Source: Candidatus Edwardsbacteria bacterium
GTDB taxonomy: Bacteria > Edwardsbacteria > AC1 > EtOH8
Reading direction: 5' to 3'
NCBI GenBank assembly: GCA_020053305.1
Contig: JAGVNJ010000006.1
Location: 13,166-77,165, forward strand
Length of the DNA stretch: 64,000 nt
In this document: piece after piece, positions 8,438 to 17,797 of the stretch
Layout: every line of letters starts with the position of its first letter
How positions within the stretch are numbered: position 1 is the first letter of the stretch
Translations under genes and position numbers: made by a program
The notes under the pieces: model-generated
Told to the model about the DNA's origin: nothing
Database searches by the model: none
What the model saw: the letters and a program-made list of their open reading frames with translations, nothing else

Positions 8438-8572
8438 AATTTCTTCTTGATAAAAGCTTAAATAATGTTTGAGAAGTTAAACGATATATGACGGGCACTG
8501 TTTGAGATGCCTGCCTCTTTAAGGCAATCGATGATATTGCGTCAGAGATGTCCATCTGAAGGTCTGGCGATG

Positions 8573-8929
8573 TTATGCCCTCAGCGATCTTTCCAATGCC
8601 AGAAGTTTGAAATATAACTTGTCCAACAATGGTTCTGCGCCTTTAAACTCCGCCGGGGAAATATATTTTCGAGCGACGCCGATTTTCAGATTAGCTATTG
8701 TTTCCACCAAAGACCCGACAGCAATATTGACGTAATGGGCAAAGTCCTTTTTGGTGTGCTTGCAGCTTCCTTCAGCAATGTTCAGGGCAATTGAGGTTAC
8801 GGATCTCTTGCCTTGCTGTTTCAGGATATATTCTTCGGACTTGGGATACATCTCCAGCAAAGCGTACGCTTTATCAAAGCATTCCAGTGAAATATTCCAC
8901 ACTTCCAGTTTCTGAAACTTCAATTCCAT
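8573..8929 (-). CDS. Four-helix-bundle protein (IVS-protein family), copy 2
   Basis: MELKFQKLEVWNISLECFDKAYALLEMYPKSEEYILKQQGKRSVTSIALNIAEGSCKHTKKDFAHYVNIAVGSLVET. ATG at 8929; the track ORF starts at an upstream TTG. Confidence 0.8.
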   Translation of the reverse strand: MELKFQKLEVWNISLECFDKAYALLEMYPKSEEYILKQQGKRSVTSIALNIAEGSCKHTKKDFAHYVNIAVGSLVETIANLKIGVARKYISPAEFKGAEPLLDKLYFKLLALERSLRA

Positions 8930-9038
8930 ACTCACTCCATCCTTTCGTATACACAATTAATCGTCATCATGCCACCCTGTCTGGCATTTCAGACATCGCC
9001 AAACTTTCTAATTGCACTTCTCAAACGCCCTGCGGTCG

Positions 9039-9491
9039 TTACGCTCCCGTTCCATTGCGGAATCCCACCGTCATCATCCTGTCGATGATGGTCTGGGTCT
9101 CGAAGCACCGGCCGCAGCGCTGGCAGGTCCCCATGTAAACCTCGGCCGAGATGTGCATGTCGTTGTGGACATCGTTGGTGGCGGTTTCGAATTCCTGGGT
9201 CATAGTGATGGCCTTCTCCGGGCAGACGTCGGCGCAGCGTCCGCAGTAGGTGCAGCGCTCCAGATAGAAGTCCAGCTTGCGGACGGCCTGGCGGTCGGTT
9301 ACCACTATCAGCCGCGAGGGGCAGACATTGGCGCAGCCGGCGCAGCCGATGCATTTACTGACGTCTATGGTCAGCTTGCCCCGGAAGCCATCCACCGGAA
9401 GGGCCTCGATGTTCCTTTTTAAGGGATAGGGAAAGGTGACCCGCAGGTTTTTAAAGCAGATAAGGGCTTCTTTTAGTTTAGATAAGATCAT
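9039..9491 (-). CDS. hyfH: Hydrogenase 2x[4Fe-4S] ferredoxin-type subunit (HyfH/HycF, NuoI-like)
   Basis: CIGCAGCANVCP and CTYCGRCADVCP motifs, plus a C-terminal CQRCGRC. Confidence 0.85.
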   Translation of the reverse strand: MILSKLKEALICFKNLRVTFPYPLKRNIEALPVDGFRGKLTIDVSKCIGCAGCANVCPSRLIVVTDRQAVRKLDFYLERCTYCGRCADVCPEKAITMTQEFETATNDVHNDMHISAEVYMGTCQRCGRCFETQTIIDRMMTVGFRNGTGA

Positions 9492-9497
9492 ACTAAT

Positions 9498-9525
9498 GTT
9501 TACAATTTGTATGTTTACAGTTTAC
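9498..9525. repeat. Left flanking array of element 3 (GTTTAC x3)
   Basis: GTTTAC at 9498, 9513 and 9520, between the hyfH start and the stop of four-helix-bundle copy 3. Confidence 0.75.
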
Positions 9526-9536
9526 TGTTACCTTAA

Positions 9537-9935
9537 CTATTGGGTCGCTTTATACTTTAACCCCTTAATGTCAGTATTACCAAGGTATTTCATTAGGCTG
9601 AAAATTAAACGATTTATCTCTTCTGCTAACAGATAAACCTTGTTAAAAACATCTCCCGTAATATATTTTTGATCCAGTGCTGCATACAACTGGCTCTTGA
9701 CTTCACCCACAGATCCTTTGGCTATCGATAAATACTGTATGAACTCTTTCCTGCCACCCCTGTCAAATCCTTCTGCAATGTTAGACATAATTGAAACAGC
9801 GGCCCTTCTTATCTGATCACGCAAACCAAAGTCTTTGGAAAAATTTCCATTCTTGGTAATTTCATAAACCAATCTGGTCAATTCTCTTGCTTTTTGCCAA
9901 GCGGTGATGTCTTCAAATTTCTTAAACGTAGCCAT
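9537..9935 (-). CDS. Four-helix-bundle protein (IVS-protein family), copy 3
   Basis: [27 protein letters not shown]...[45 protein letters not shown]. Confidence 0.85.
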   Translation of the reverse strand: MATFKKFEDITAWQKARELTRLVYEITKNGNFSKDFGLRDQIRRAAVSIMSNIAEGFDRGGRKEFIQYLSIAKGSVGEVKSQLYAALDQKYITGDVFNKVYLLAEEINRLIFSLMKYLGNTDIKGLKYKATQ

Positions 9936-9958
9936 ATAAACATCTCTATATGATTACT

Positions 9959-9979
9959 GTAAACTACCGAACCGTAAAC
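9959..9979. repeat. Right flanking array of element 3 (GTAAAC x2, inverted relative to the left array)
   Basis: GTAAAC at 9959 and 9974. ACTGTAAAC (9956-9964) is the exact reverse complement of GTTTACAGT (9513-9521). Confidence 0.75.
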
Positions 9980-9991
9980 TTAAAACTCTTA

Positions 9992-10882
9992 TTACGCTCC
10001 CACCAACGCAAACACCAGTCCCACCAAAGCCGTCAACACCACTCCGAAATAATAGATCATGGCCTGGTCTATCCGCAGGCGGGGGTTGACCACGTCCACC
10101 AGACCGACCAGCAAAATGACCACCAGTATCTTGGCGATCTGGGCCAGCACCGCCCACAGTCCGGAGAGGCCGAAGGTCCATGGAAAAAATATCTGCACCA
10201 GGATCAGGGAAAATATCAGCTGCTTGATGATGAAGCCCCAGCGGTACAGGGCGAAGGTCGGCCCGGAGATCTCGATGAACGGCCCGCCCATCAGCTCGCC
10301 CTCGGCCTCGGGGATGTCAAACGGCAGTTTGGACAGCTGGGCCTGGATGCCCAACAACAGCGCGATCCCGGAGATGATCATGGAAAGCGAGGTGCCGGAG
10401 GACTGCTGGTAGAAGGCCATGTCGGAAAAGCGGAAGCTGTGGGTCTTCAGGGCCGCCGTGATCAGGGCGATGAACAGCACCGGCTCCACGGTCAGGGAGG
10501 TCATCATCTCCCGGGCAGTGCCCAGAAAGGCGTAGGGCGAGCCGGAGTCCATCCCGGCCAGCATCACGCAGACCGAGGCGAAACCGATCATATAAAGAAA
10601 CAGGATCATATCGCCCCCGGCAAAGGCCGCGCTTCCGCCCACCGGCACCAGCAGGCCGGCCAGCAGGACGGCCGCCAGGCTCAGGTAAGCCGGCACCGGC
10701 CCCAGCATGGAATGGGACGAACGGACGTTGTCCTTGCCCAGCAGTTTGAGGGTGTCCCAGTAGGGCTGCAGCAACGGCGGCCCGATCCGGGAATGCACCA
10801 GGGCCTTGAATTTGCGGAGGATGCCTTCCAGCAGCGGGGAGAGGAACAGCAGGGCCATTACCATTATTAATATTCTGAGCAT
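9992..10882 (-). CDS. hyfC: Hydrogenase membrane subunit (HyfC/HycD, NuoH-like)
   Basis: About 296 aa polytopic protein with NuoH-like features (ILRKFKALVHSRIGPP, PFDIPEAEGEL). ATG at 10882; the track ORF starts at a TTG one codon upstream. Confidence 0.85.
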   Translation of the reverse strand: MLRILIMVMALLFLSPLLEGILRKFKALVHSRIGPPLLQPYWDTLKLLGKDNVRSSHSMLGPVPAYLSLAAVLLAGLLVPVGGSAAFAGGDMILFLYMIGFASVCVMLAGMDSGSPYAFLGTAREMMTSLTVEPVLFIALITAALKTHSFRFSDMAFYQQSSGTSLSMIISGIALLLGIQAQLSKLPFDIPEAEGELMGGPFIEISGPTFALYRWGFIIKQLIFSLILVQIFFPWTFGLSGLWAVLAQIAKILVVILLVGLVDVVNPRLRIDQAMIYYFGVVLTALVGLVFALVGA

Positions 10883-10897
10883 CAAATTACCCTTATT

Positions 10898-10930
10898 GTT
10901 TGAAATGTTCCTGGTTTGAAAAAGTTTGAA
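10898..10930. repeat. Left flanking array of element 4 (GTTTGAA x3)
   Basis: GTTTGAA at 10898, 10914 and 10924. Confidence 0.8.
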
Positions 10931-10933
10931 CCG

Positions 10934-11326
10934 TTATGCTTGCTTGTGCTTTGCGCCTTTAATGGGCGAGGTTTTTAGGTACGTTATCAATTTTGCTATC
11001 ATAATTGAAAGCCCGGCAGCTTCTTCTCTTAAAGTTTTACCCTCAACCTCGGTCAGAAACATCAATTCCTGAGCGATCCATAAATGGCTCCTCAACTCCC
11101 CGCAAGACCCCTTGGCAATATAAAGATACTGAATAAACTCCTTATTGTTTTCCCTTTCGAACCCTTCGGCAATATTCGCCATAACAGAAACAGCCGCCCG
11201 TCGCGTTTGATCGACCAAGGGATAATCCTTATGATACTTTTGTACGTCAGCAGCCGCATAAATTTTTAGTGTCAACTGCTTGGCAATCTGCCATATTTTC
11301 AGATCTTCAAAATTCTTTACCGTCAT
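10934..11326 (-). CDS. Four-helix-bundle protein (IVS-protein family), copy 4
   Basis: MTVKNFEDLKIWQIAKQLTLKIY...RRAAVSVMANIAEGFERENNKEFIQYLYIAKGSCGELRSHL. ATG at 11326. Confidence 0.85.
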   Translation of the reverse strand: MTVKNFEDLKIWQIAKQLTLKIYAAADVQKYHKDYPLVDQTRRAAVSVMANIAEGFERENNKEFIQYLYIAKGSCGELRSHLWIAQELMFLTEVEGKTLREEAAGLSIMIAKLITYLKTSPIKGAKHKQA

Positions 11327-11354
11327 CACACGCCTCTTTTCCAATGCCAACCAT

Positions 11355-11390
11355 TTCAAACGCTTCCAACAGCTTCAAACCGTTTCTAAC
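11355..11390. repeat. Right flanking array of element 4 (TTCAAAC-like x4, 10-nt period, inverted relative to the left array)
   Basis: TTCAAAC at 11355, TTCCAAC at 11364, TTCAAAC at 11374, TTCTAAC at 11384. The last overlaps the large-subunit stop codon. Confidence 0.8.
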
Positions 11391-13065
11391 TATGCTTTGC
11401 CGTCCAGCTCGACAACTCTTCCTGGCCGTATATCCTGATCTTCCCGGAATCAACATCCACCACCTCCATCCGCTCGGTGCAGGAAAAACAGGGATCTATG
11501 GAACCCACGATGATCGGCACGTCGGCCACCTGCTCGCCCCGGACCATGTCCGGAATGGTCGGCAGGTTGGGATAGGTGGGGCAGCGCACCCTCCAGCGCT
11601 CCGGCCGGTTGTTGCCGCCGGTCAGCAAAAAGTGGACATCCTCGCCCCGGGGAGCCTCCACCGCCGAAATGGCGATGCGCCCGGCCGGGATGTCCTGCCG
11701 GATCTCGGTGATGATGTCGCCCTCCGGCAGTTCCATTAAAGCGTCTAAAGATTGATTGACGATCTTGAAAGACTCCAGAGTCTCCAATATCCGGACCACC
11801 GTCCGGCCCCAAACGTCGTTGCTGTCGGCGGTTATCACCTTGAAGTCCACCGCATCGTAGGCGCAGTAGGGATGGTCCTTGCGGGCGTCCATATCCAGAT
11901 CGGCCGCCCGGGCCACCGGGCCCACCGCCGCCCACTCGTGACAGCCCTCCTTGTTGAGGATCCCCACCTTCTCCAGCCGCATCCGCAGTGTGGTGTCGTC
12001 CTTGACCGCATCCAGCACCGCCAGCCATTCCTTCTCCATATTGTTCATCTTGGTGCGGATCTCGGGCACCAGGGTCCGGGGGATGTCGCGCCGCACTCCG
12101 CCGATCAGGTTCATGCCGTAGGTCTTGCGGTTGCCGGTGATCTTCTCGCACAGCCACATGATGGGCTCCCGCATCCGCCAGGTCTGCATCAGCACGGTGT
12201 CGAAGCCGATGATGTGCCCGGCCACCCCCAGCCACAGAGCGTGGGAATGGATGCGCTCCAGCTCCAGCATGATGGTCCGGATGAAGTCGGCCCGCCGCGG
12301 CACCTTGATGTCGGCGGCGTGTTCCACCAGCTTGCAGAAGGAGACGTTGTGCACGAAGCCGCAGATGCCGCAGATCCGCTCGGCCATGAACGGTATCTGA
12401 TTGTAGGTCAGGGTCTGGTCGCCCAGTTTTTCGATTCCCCGGTGGGCGTAGAACCCCCGGTAGTCGACATCCACCACCTTCTCGCCCTCCACATAGAGCC
12501 GGAAATAGGTGGCCTCCTCGAACACCGGGAAATACGGCCCCATGGCCACCACCGTGGTGCCTGGAGGATTGTCCTTGAACTTATAGGCCTGCTCGGGATG
12601 GGACTCCGGTTTTTGGCTGTAATCAAATTCTTTGCGCAGGGGGTAGACCTCGGCCGGCCAGTCGTCGGCCAGTATCAGCCGCCGGGGATCGGGATGGTTT
12701 TCGAACTGTATCCCCAGCAGGTCCCGGATCTCGCGCTCCGACCAGTTGGCCCCGGCAATGACGTTGGTGATGGAGGGTATCCTGGGGGTGTGGGGATCGG
12801 CCGTCACGTCAAGGGTGATGAAGAAATGATCCTTGTCGAAGGTGAACAGGTGGTAGACCGCAAAGCGCTTTTTGATGTCCCGCTCGTCGGAGCCCACGCT
12901 GACTAAGTATCTGGCAGGGGTCTGGCGGTGCAGTATCTCCACCGCCTGCACCACCGCCTCCGGCTTGACCTCCACCCACAACTGATCGTGGATCGGCTCG
13001 GTGGATCCCATGAACCCGGCGCCCAATTTGGCTTTCAGTAAGCTTAGAATATCCTGTTTGGTCAT
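11386..13065 (-). CDS. hyfG: Group 4 [NiFe] hydrogenase large subunit (HyfG/HycE, NuoC-NuoD fusion type)
   Basis: N-terminal Ni-binding motif RICGICGFVH and C-terminal DPCFSCTER, followed by a 27-aa tail of the kind removed by a HycI-type protease. 559 aa. Confidence 0.95.
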   Translation of the reverse strand: MTKQDILSLLKAKLGAGFMGSTEPIHDQLWVEVKPEAVVQAVEILHRQTPARYLVSVGSDERDIKKRFAVYHLFTFDKDHFFITLDVTADPHTPRIPSITNVIAGANWSEREIRDLLGIQFENHPDPRRLILADDWPAEVYPLRKEFDYSQKPESHPEQAYKFKDNPPGTTVVAMGPYFPVFEEATYFRLYVEGEKVVDVDYRGFYAHRGIEKLGDQTLTYNQIPFMAERICGICGFVHNVSFCKLVEHAADIKVPRRADFIRTIMLELERIHSHALWLGVAGHIIGFDTVLMQTWRMREPIMWLCEKITGNRKTYGMNLIGGVRRDIPRTLVPEIRTKMNNMEKEWLAVLDAVKDDTTLRMRLEKVGILNKEGCHEWAAVGPVARAADLDMDARKDHPYCAYDAVDFKVITADSNDVWGRTVVRILETLESFKIVNQSLDALMELPEGDIITEIRQDIPAGRIAISAVEAPRGEDVHFLLTGGNNRPERWRVRCPTYPNLPTIPDMVRGEQVADVPIIVGSIDPCFSCTERMEVVDVDSGKIRIYGQEELSSWTAKHS

Positions 13066-13080
13066 TGTATTCCTGATAGT

Positions 13081-13503
13081 TTAAGAGGTTGAATTGGTTG
13101 AAGCTGTTGCAGAGGTTTTTGGGCACCTCTTGCCTTTAACTTTAGTGTTTAGTAAGTATGTGATAAAGTTGTACACCATCGTGGAAATCCCTGAAGCCAT
13201 TTCTCTGGCTTGCGTATGTTGTGCCGGGGTTATGTATCCCCTTTCTTGAGCAAATATCAGGTGGCTTCTCAGTTCTCCGCACGAACCTTTTGCAATAAAC
13301 AAAAACTGAATGAATTCTTTGTTGCTGCCTCTTTCAAACCCCTCGGCAATATTGGCCATTACCGAAACTGCTGCCCGTCGCGATTGATCCATAAGGCTTT
13401 TGTCGCATTTAAAAGTATTTGTTCCCGTTAAATCGTAAATCAAGTTAGCAAGATCTTTGGCCTGCTGCCAGATTTTTAAATCTTCAAATCTCTTGACGGT
13501 CAT
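13081..13503 (-). CDS. Four-helix-bundle protein (IVS-protein family), copy 5
   Basis: MTVKRFEDLKIWQQAKDLANLIYDLT...RRAAVSVMANIAEGFERGSNKEFIQFLFIAKGSCGELRSHL. Closest paralog of copy 4. Confidence 0.85.
   Translation of the reverse strand: MTVKRFEDLKIWQQAKDLANLIYDLTGTNTFKCDKSLMDQSRRAAVSVMANIAEGFERGSNKEFIQFLFIAKGSCGELRSHLIFAQERGYITPAQHTQAREMASGISTMVYNFITYLLNTKVKGKRCPKTSATASTNSTS
13087..13102. repeat. Left flanking array of element 5 (GGTTGAA x2)
   Basis: GGTTGAA at 13087 and 13096. It lies inside a short C-terminal read-through extension of copy 5 (…TSATASTNSTS) that the paralogs lack. Confidence 0.7.
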
Positions 13504-13513
13504 AGTTTAATCC

Positions 13514-13566
13514 CTTCAACCTTTTAAACCAGTGCGTCTTTTCAACATATTCAACCTTTTAAACGG
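13514..13566. repeat. Right flanking array of element 5 (TTCAACC/TTCAACA x3; includes two copies of TTCAACCTTTTAAAC)
   Basis: TTCAACC at 13515, TTCAACA at 13541, TTCAACC at 13550. Inverted relative to the GGTTGAA array. Confidence 0.8.
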
Positions 13567-13584
13567 AGCCCAATAGCTGTCAGC

Positions 13585-14220
13585 CTAGTTAACATCTCCC
13601 CAGTTGAAACTGATCCCTCCGGTAAAGCCATATCCGGATATGTCATCCAGCGGTTTCCCGTACAAGTAGTTTGCCTCGATGGGAATGGATATCAATTTAC
13701 CGAGTTTTATTTCAAATCCTCCATTCACGCCAAAGCCCACCTCCGGATCCTCGTTATTCCCCGTTATGCTCAGTCCGACATAACTCAATTTATATTCCTC
13801 GGTGACGGAATAAACATTGGCCTGGAGATATGGGAAAAGTCTTTCTCCGATATTACCCGGGTTGTACCGCAAACCTATCCCCACACCTCCGGCGGTCACT
13901 TCCCCCTTAAGACCGTTGACTTCCTCATCGCTGGTCCAGGCCCGGATATCCACCGCCAGGTCAACATTTTTATCGAAGGAGTAGCGGTAGTTGAGATATT
14001 GGCCTGTTCCCTGGCTGAGGTCGAACCCCGGCAGCTTAAAATCCCCGCTGGTGGATTTGAAATATCCCAGAAAACCCAGGGAGATATGGTGCCGCCCCAG
14101 GTTCTCACTGAATTTTTTCTGGTTCAGGGCCGCAGTCACCACCTCATCGTCGCTTTGAAACTGGGCCTGGGCCATTCCGCAGAGACTGGCAAGAAGAATC
14201 AGAACGGATATTTTTTTCAT
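13585..14220 (-). CDS. Small outer-membrane beta-barrel protein (porin-family-like)
   Basis: MKKISVLILLASLCGMAQAQ signal peptide, alternating beta-strand pattern, aromatic-rich C-terminus (GGISFNWGDVN). Confidence 0.6.
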   Translation of the reverse strand: MKKISVLILLASLCGMAQAQFQSDDEVVTAALNQKKFSENLGRHHISLGFLGYFKSTSGDFKLPGFDLSQGTGQYLNYRYSFDKNVDLAVDIRAWTSDEEVNGLKGEVTAGGVGIGLRYNPGNIGERLFPYLQANVYSVTEEYKLSYVGLSITGNNEDPEVGFGVNGGFEIKLGKLISIPIEANYLYGKPLDDISGYGFTGGISFNWGDVN

Positions 14221-14363
14221 GTTGCCCCTTATAAACATTTTAACCTTTTCAACTTTTTAACTTTTTTCTAGATTCCCGATGGATTTAACTCCACACTTGA
14301 TGCGGAACAGGAATAACATTACCTTGCCTTTTTCATAAATCATGTTAATCCTGTCAAGGGTTT

Positions 14364-16406
14364 CTATCCCACCATGAACATGATGAACAGCGCCACCGCC
14401 GCGCCCACCACCATCCACAGCAGATACCACTGCGGGAAACCGCTGTGGGTGCCGGCGAATACTTCCAGCACCTTGTGCCCCACGTAGACCAACGGACGGT
14501 ACAGCCAATCGTCCACGTCTAAAATATGTTTAAGCTTGAAGGATTTTTTGATATTGGGCAGTTTCCAATGTGGGTAGACCCCCTCCTGGGTGTACTTGCC
14601 GAACCGGATATTGAAATGCTGTTTGAAGGTCCTGAAATAGCTGCCCGAATAATAACGCACCGCCTCCGGACTCTGCACCTCGCCGGAATACCACAGGTTG
14701 GAAACCGTCTGCTTGGCCCCACCGGATTTCCAGATGATCCAGGCCGCCAACCCCAGCACCGCCAGGGCGATCAGCACGAACAGCGGCTTGTAGAAGCCCA
14801 CCAGTCCGGCGCCGAAATTAAGGGCCAGGCCCCACTGGCTGGTGTTTATTATCGAGGAGAGCTGCGGCCAATATGAGGGTGTTTGGAAGCCAATGACCGC
14901 CCGGTAGATCGCCTTGGCGATGGGCGCCACCAGCAGCCCCTCCAGGAACATCACCGCCACCAAAAGATACTGGGCGCTTCTCATCGTCCCCGGGACATCC
15001 GACTCTACCTTGGCATTCTCCGGCAGGCGCTGGCCCAAAAAGCTCATACCCAGGTATTTGACCATCATGGAGAGTGTTATCAGGCTGGTGAACAGGGCCA
15101 CCAGGCCGCATACCAAGATAAGAGGCACGGCAAACCCGCTGTTCAGGGTGGACTGGTAGATGAACCACTTGGAGGCAAAACCGTTCAGCGGTGGGATGCC
15201 GGCCACTGCCAGCCCGGCCACCAGGGCGGCCGCCGCGGTATGCGGCATGTATTTGCCCAGGCCGCCCAGCCGGTCCAGGTCGCGATGCCCGGTCTTATAC
15301 TGCAATGAGCCGGCCGATAAAAAGAGCATGGTCTTTATGGAGGCATGGTTGATGATGTGGTAGACCCCGGCCATCAGCGCGATGGTGGCCATGGCCGGGC
15401 TGATGGGCAGCAGGGCCAGGCCGGCCCCGACCGCCAGCAGGATATAGCCGATCTGCCCGATGGAGGAAAAGGCCAACAGCCGCTTGGCGTCCCTCTGGAA
15501 CAGGGCGGTCAATGTGCCCACGAACAGCGACACCGTGCCGAAGCAGACCATGATGATGCCCCATGTGTAGGAGAAGTGCGACACCGGCAGCATCCCCAAA
15601 AAGACCCGGAGGATCCCGTAGATTCCCATTTTGATCATCACCCCGGACAATATGGCCGATATCGGGGAGGGCGCCGCCGGGTGGGCGTCGGGCAGCCAGT
15701 CACCGAAGGGAAAGACGCCGGCCTTGGTGGCGAATCCCAGGAAGAACAACAGCAATAATGTGTGCAGCAGGACCGGGTTGTCAGTCCGCAGCAGTCCCAT
15801 CACCGGACCCAGGGCGTTGAAGTCGAAGGACTGGCTGTAGTGATAAAGGGTGTTGGCGGCGATGATGATCCCGGCGGTGCCAATGTGGGTCATCAAAAAA
15901 TATTTGAACCCGGCGTTGACGTTGGTCTTGTTGCCCCATTCGTAGACCACCAGGGCATATGAGGTCAGGGTCATGAATTCCCAGAAGACGATGAAGAAGA
16001 ACAGGTCCCGCACCACCACCACCCCGTACATGCCCAGCAGGAACAACAGCAACAGCGGATAGTAGCGGGCCAGCGATTCCTTGTAATGCTTCATGTATTC
16101 TATGGAATACAGCCCGGCGGCCCAGGAGACGATGGTGATCACCAGCAGGAAGATGGCCGACAACACATCCACCTTCAGCAGGAACGAAGCCCCCAGGCCG
16201 GCCACCTGGAATACCGGCTTGTCTAAGTTAAAGGTCCCGCTGGCCAGCACCTGCAGGGCTGTGTAGAAAAAGCCCAGCGAGGCCACAGTCTGGAAGAATA
16301 GGGATATCCAGCCGATGGTCCGCCGGGAATACGGCATCAGCAGGGTTACGGCAGCGCCCAGGAACAGCGTTGCCATGGAGAACAGAATGACGGTTTGAAG
16401 ATTCAT
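14364..16406 (-). CDS. hyfB: Hydrogenase-4 antiporter-like membrane subunit B (HyfB/HycC, NuoL-like)
   Basis: 680 aa polytopic protein with ATKAGVFPFGDWLPDAHPAAPSPISAILSG and a long C-terminal extension typical of NuoL/HyfB. Confidence 0.9.
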   Translation of the reverse strand: MNLQTVILFSMATLFLGAAVTLLMPYSRRTIGWISLFFQTVASLGFFYTALQVLASGTFNLDKPVFQVAGLGASFLLKVDVLSAIFLLVITIVSWAAGLYSIEYMKHYKESLARYYPLLLLFLLGMYGVVVVRDLFFFIVFWEFMTLTSYALVVYEWGNKTNVNAGFKYFLMTHIGTAGIIIAANTLYHYSQSFDFNALGPVMGLLRTDNPVLLHTLLLLFFLGFATKAGVFPFGDWLPDAHPAAPSPISAILSGVMIKMGIYGILRVFLGMLPVSHFSYTWGIIMVCFGTVSLFVGTLTALFQRDAKRLLAFSSIGQIGYILLAVGAGLALLPISPAMATIALMAGVYHIINHASIKTMLFLSAGSLQYKTGHRDLDRLGGLGKYMPHTAAAALVAGLAVAGIPPLNGFASKWFIYQSTLNSGFAVPLILVCGLVALFTSLITLSMMVKYLGMSFLGQRLPENAKVESDVPGTMRSAQYLLVAVMFLEGLLVAPIAKAIYRAVIGFQTPSYWPQLSSIINTSQWGLALNFGAGLVGFYKPLFVLIALAVLGLAAWIIWKSGGAKQTVSNLWYSGEVQSPEAVRYYSGSYFRTFKQHFNIRFGKYTQEGVYPHWKLPNIKKSFKLKHILDVDDWLYRPLVYVGHKVLEVFAGTHSGFPQWYLLWMVVGAAVALFIMFMVG

Positions 16407-16419
16407 ATTGTACTTTATA

Positions 16420-17670
16420 TTAACTTACAATTTTTATAAATTCAGGATCAGCCAATAAGGATTTAAAATCCTCTTCTTTTTTTGCTTTTTCTTTGCATGA
16501 AGAATCTAGTTCTATTGCTTTAGCTAAATTTTCAAGTGCTTTTTCTCTTTTACCCATTAGAGAATAAACACACGCTTTGTTTAGCCAAGCATTGGCAAAA
16601 TGAGGGTTTAATTCAAGCGCCTTCTTGTGGGCCTTAAGAGCTTCGTCATATTGTTTTAGATTGTTAAGCACAACTCCTTTATTATCCCAGGCTTCAGCAT
16701 AATTTGGTTGTAATGCAATTGCTTTATCAAAAGCACTTAATGCTTCAGTAAATTGTTCTTGTTTGCTATATGCAATTCCTTTACCAACCCAGACTTCCGC
16801 AAAATCAGGCTTTATAACCAGTGCTTTATTGAAAACATCTATTGCTTCATTATATTTTTCGAGATTACATAGTGCTTGCCCCATACCCCCTAAAGCAGAT
16901 GGATCATTTGGGTTCAATTCTATTGCCTTTTTAAAAGCTTCTAAAGCTTCCCCCTTTTCGCCAAGATTACCATGTGCATCGCCCTTACCAATCCAGGCAG
17001 GCATAAAATCGGGTTTCAATTTTATCGTTTGTTCAAAAGCATTTAATGCTTCCCTAAATTTACCTTTGTAATAAAGATCTATCCCTTTGGTAAAGTAATT
17101 TTTATATGTTAGTCTAATTCCTAATGTTTCTAGGATTTCTATTTTTTTACTATGTTCATTTAATTTTTCTTTTATTTCTTTTGGCGGTTGTATGTTTAAT
17201 GGTCTTGGTTTTAACTCTTGCTCCAACGATTCTGCTTCTTCTTTTATCTTTTTAATGGCATTAGCATGTAGTTGAGCCTCAGTTAATGACTGTTTTATTT
17301 CTTCCGCACATTTTTGGGCTTCGTTTTTATATTCTATAATTTTTTGTTTTTCTCTTTCAATGTCCTCTCTCATTTCACGCCGGTCTTTCCAAAGTGTATA
17401 ACCAGCAATACCAACCGTAGCCATAAGAAAAGCAAGTAAAATAGAAAACCCACCGAGCACCAAAGAAAAAGTTTTTAAGACAAAATCATAAAACTTAACC
17501 GGGTCGCTTTGCTGTTTTTCCGGGTGGTTCGTCTGAACGCAAACCGTTTCTGGCTTGGCTATGGTGTTTTGCTTTGTGCTTGGCTGGGTTGTTTGCGCAT
17601 TAAGCGGGTACGCAAAGCAAAAAGCCAACAAAACAACAAGTATTTCAAAAACACAGTGGCGAGGATTCAT
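16420..17670 (-). CDS. TPR-repeat protein with signal peptide, TM segment and coiled coil (AT-rich)
   Basis: MNPRHCVFEILVVLLAFCFAYPLNAQ, then a Lys/Glu-rich coiled coil, then about 6 TPR units (AWxxKGxAxxxLxxYxEALxAFxKAIELxP). Confidence 0.7.
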   Translation of the reverse strand: MNPRHCVFEILVVLLAFCFAYPLNAQTTQPSTKQNTIAKPETVCVQTNHPEKQQSDPVKFYDFVLKTFSLVLGGFSILLAFLMATVGIAGYTLWKDRREMREDIEREKQKIIEYKNEAQKCAEEIKQSLTEAQLHANAIKKIKEEAESLEQELKPRPLNIQPPKEIKEKLNEHSKKIEILETLGIRLTYKNYFTKGIDLYYKGKFREALNAFEQTIKLKPDFMPAWIGKGDAHGNLGEKGEALEAFKKAIELNPNDPSALGGMGQALCNLEKYNEAIDVFNKALVIKPDFAEVWVGKGIAYSKQEQFTEALSAFDKAIALQPNYAEAWDNKGVVLNNLKQYDEALKAHKKALELNPHFANAWLNKACVYSLMGKREKALENLAKAIELDSSCKEKAKKEEDFKSLLADPEFIKIVS

Positions 17671-17747
17671 ACACTCACCTCTTTTATTTACAATAAACAT
17701 ACTACCAAAATATAAATCAGCGAAAATCAGCGTCCTATTAAATTCCT

Positions 17748-17797
17748 TTACCTTATTAATTTTATCAGCGGCAATCCCACCAGCGGGGCGATCACGC
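17748..17797. repeat. Copy A of the ~50-bp 3' end of the antiporter-like gene at 19773-21224
   Basis: TTTACCTTATTAATTTTATCAGCGGCAATCCCACCAGCGGGGCGATCACG is nearly identical to 18907-18962 and 19773-19826. Translated, it gives VIAPLVGLPLIKLIR*. Confidence 0.9.
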
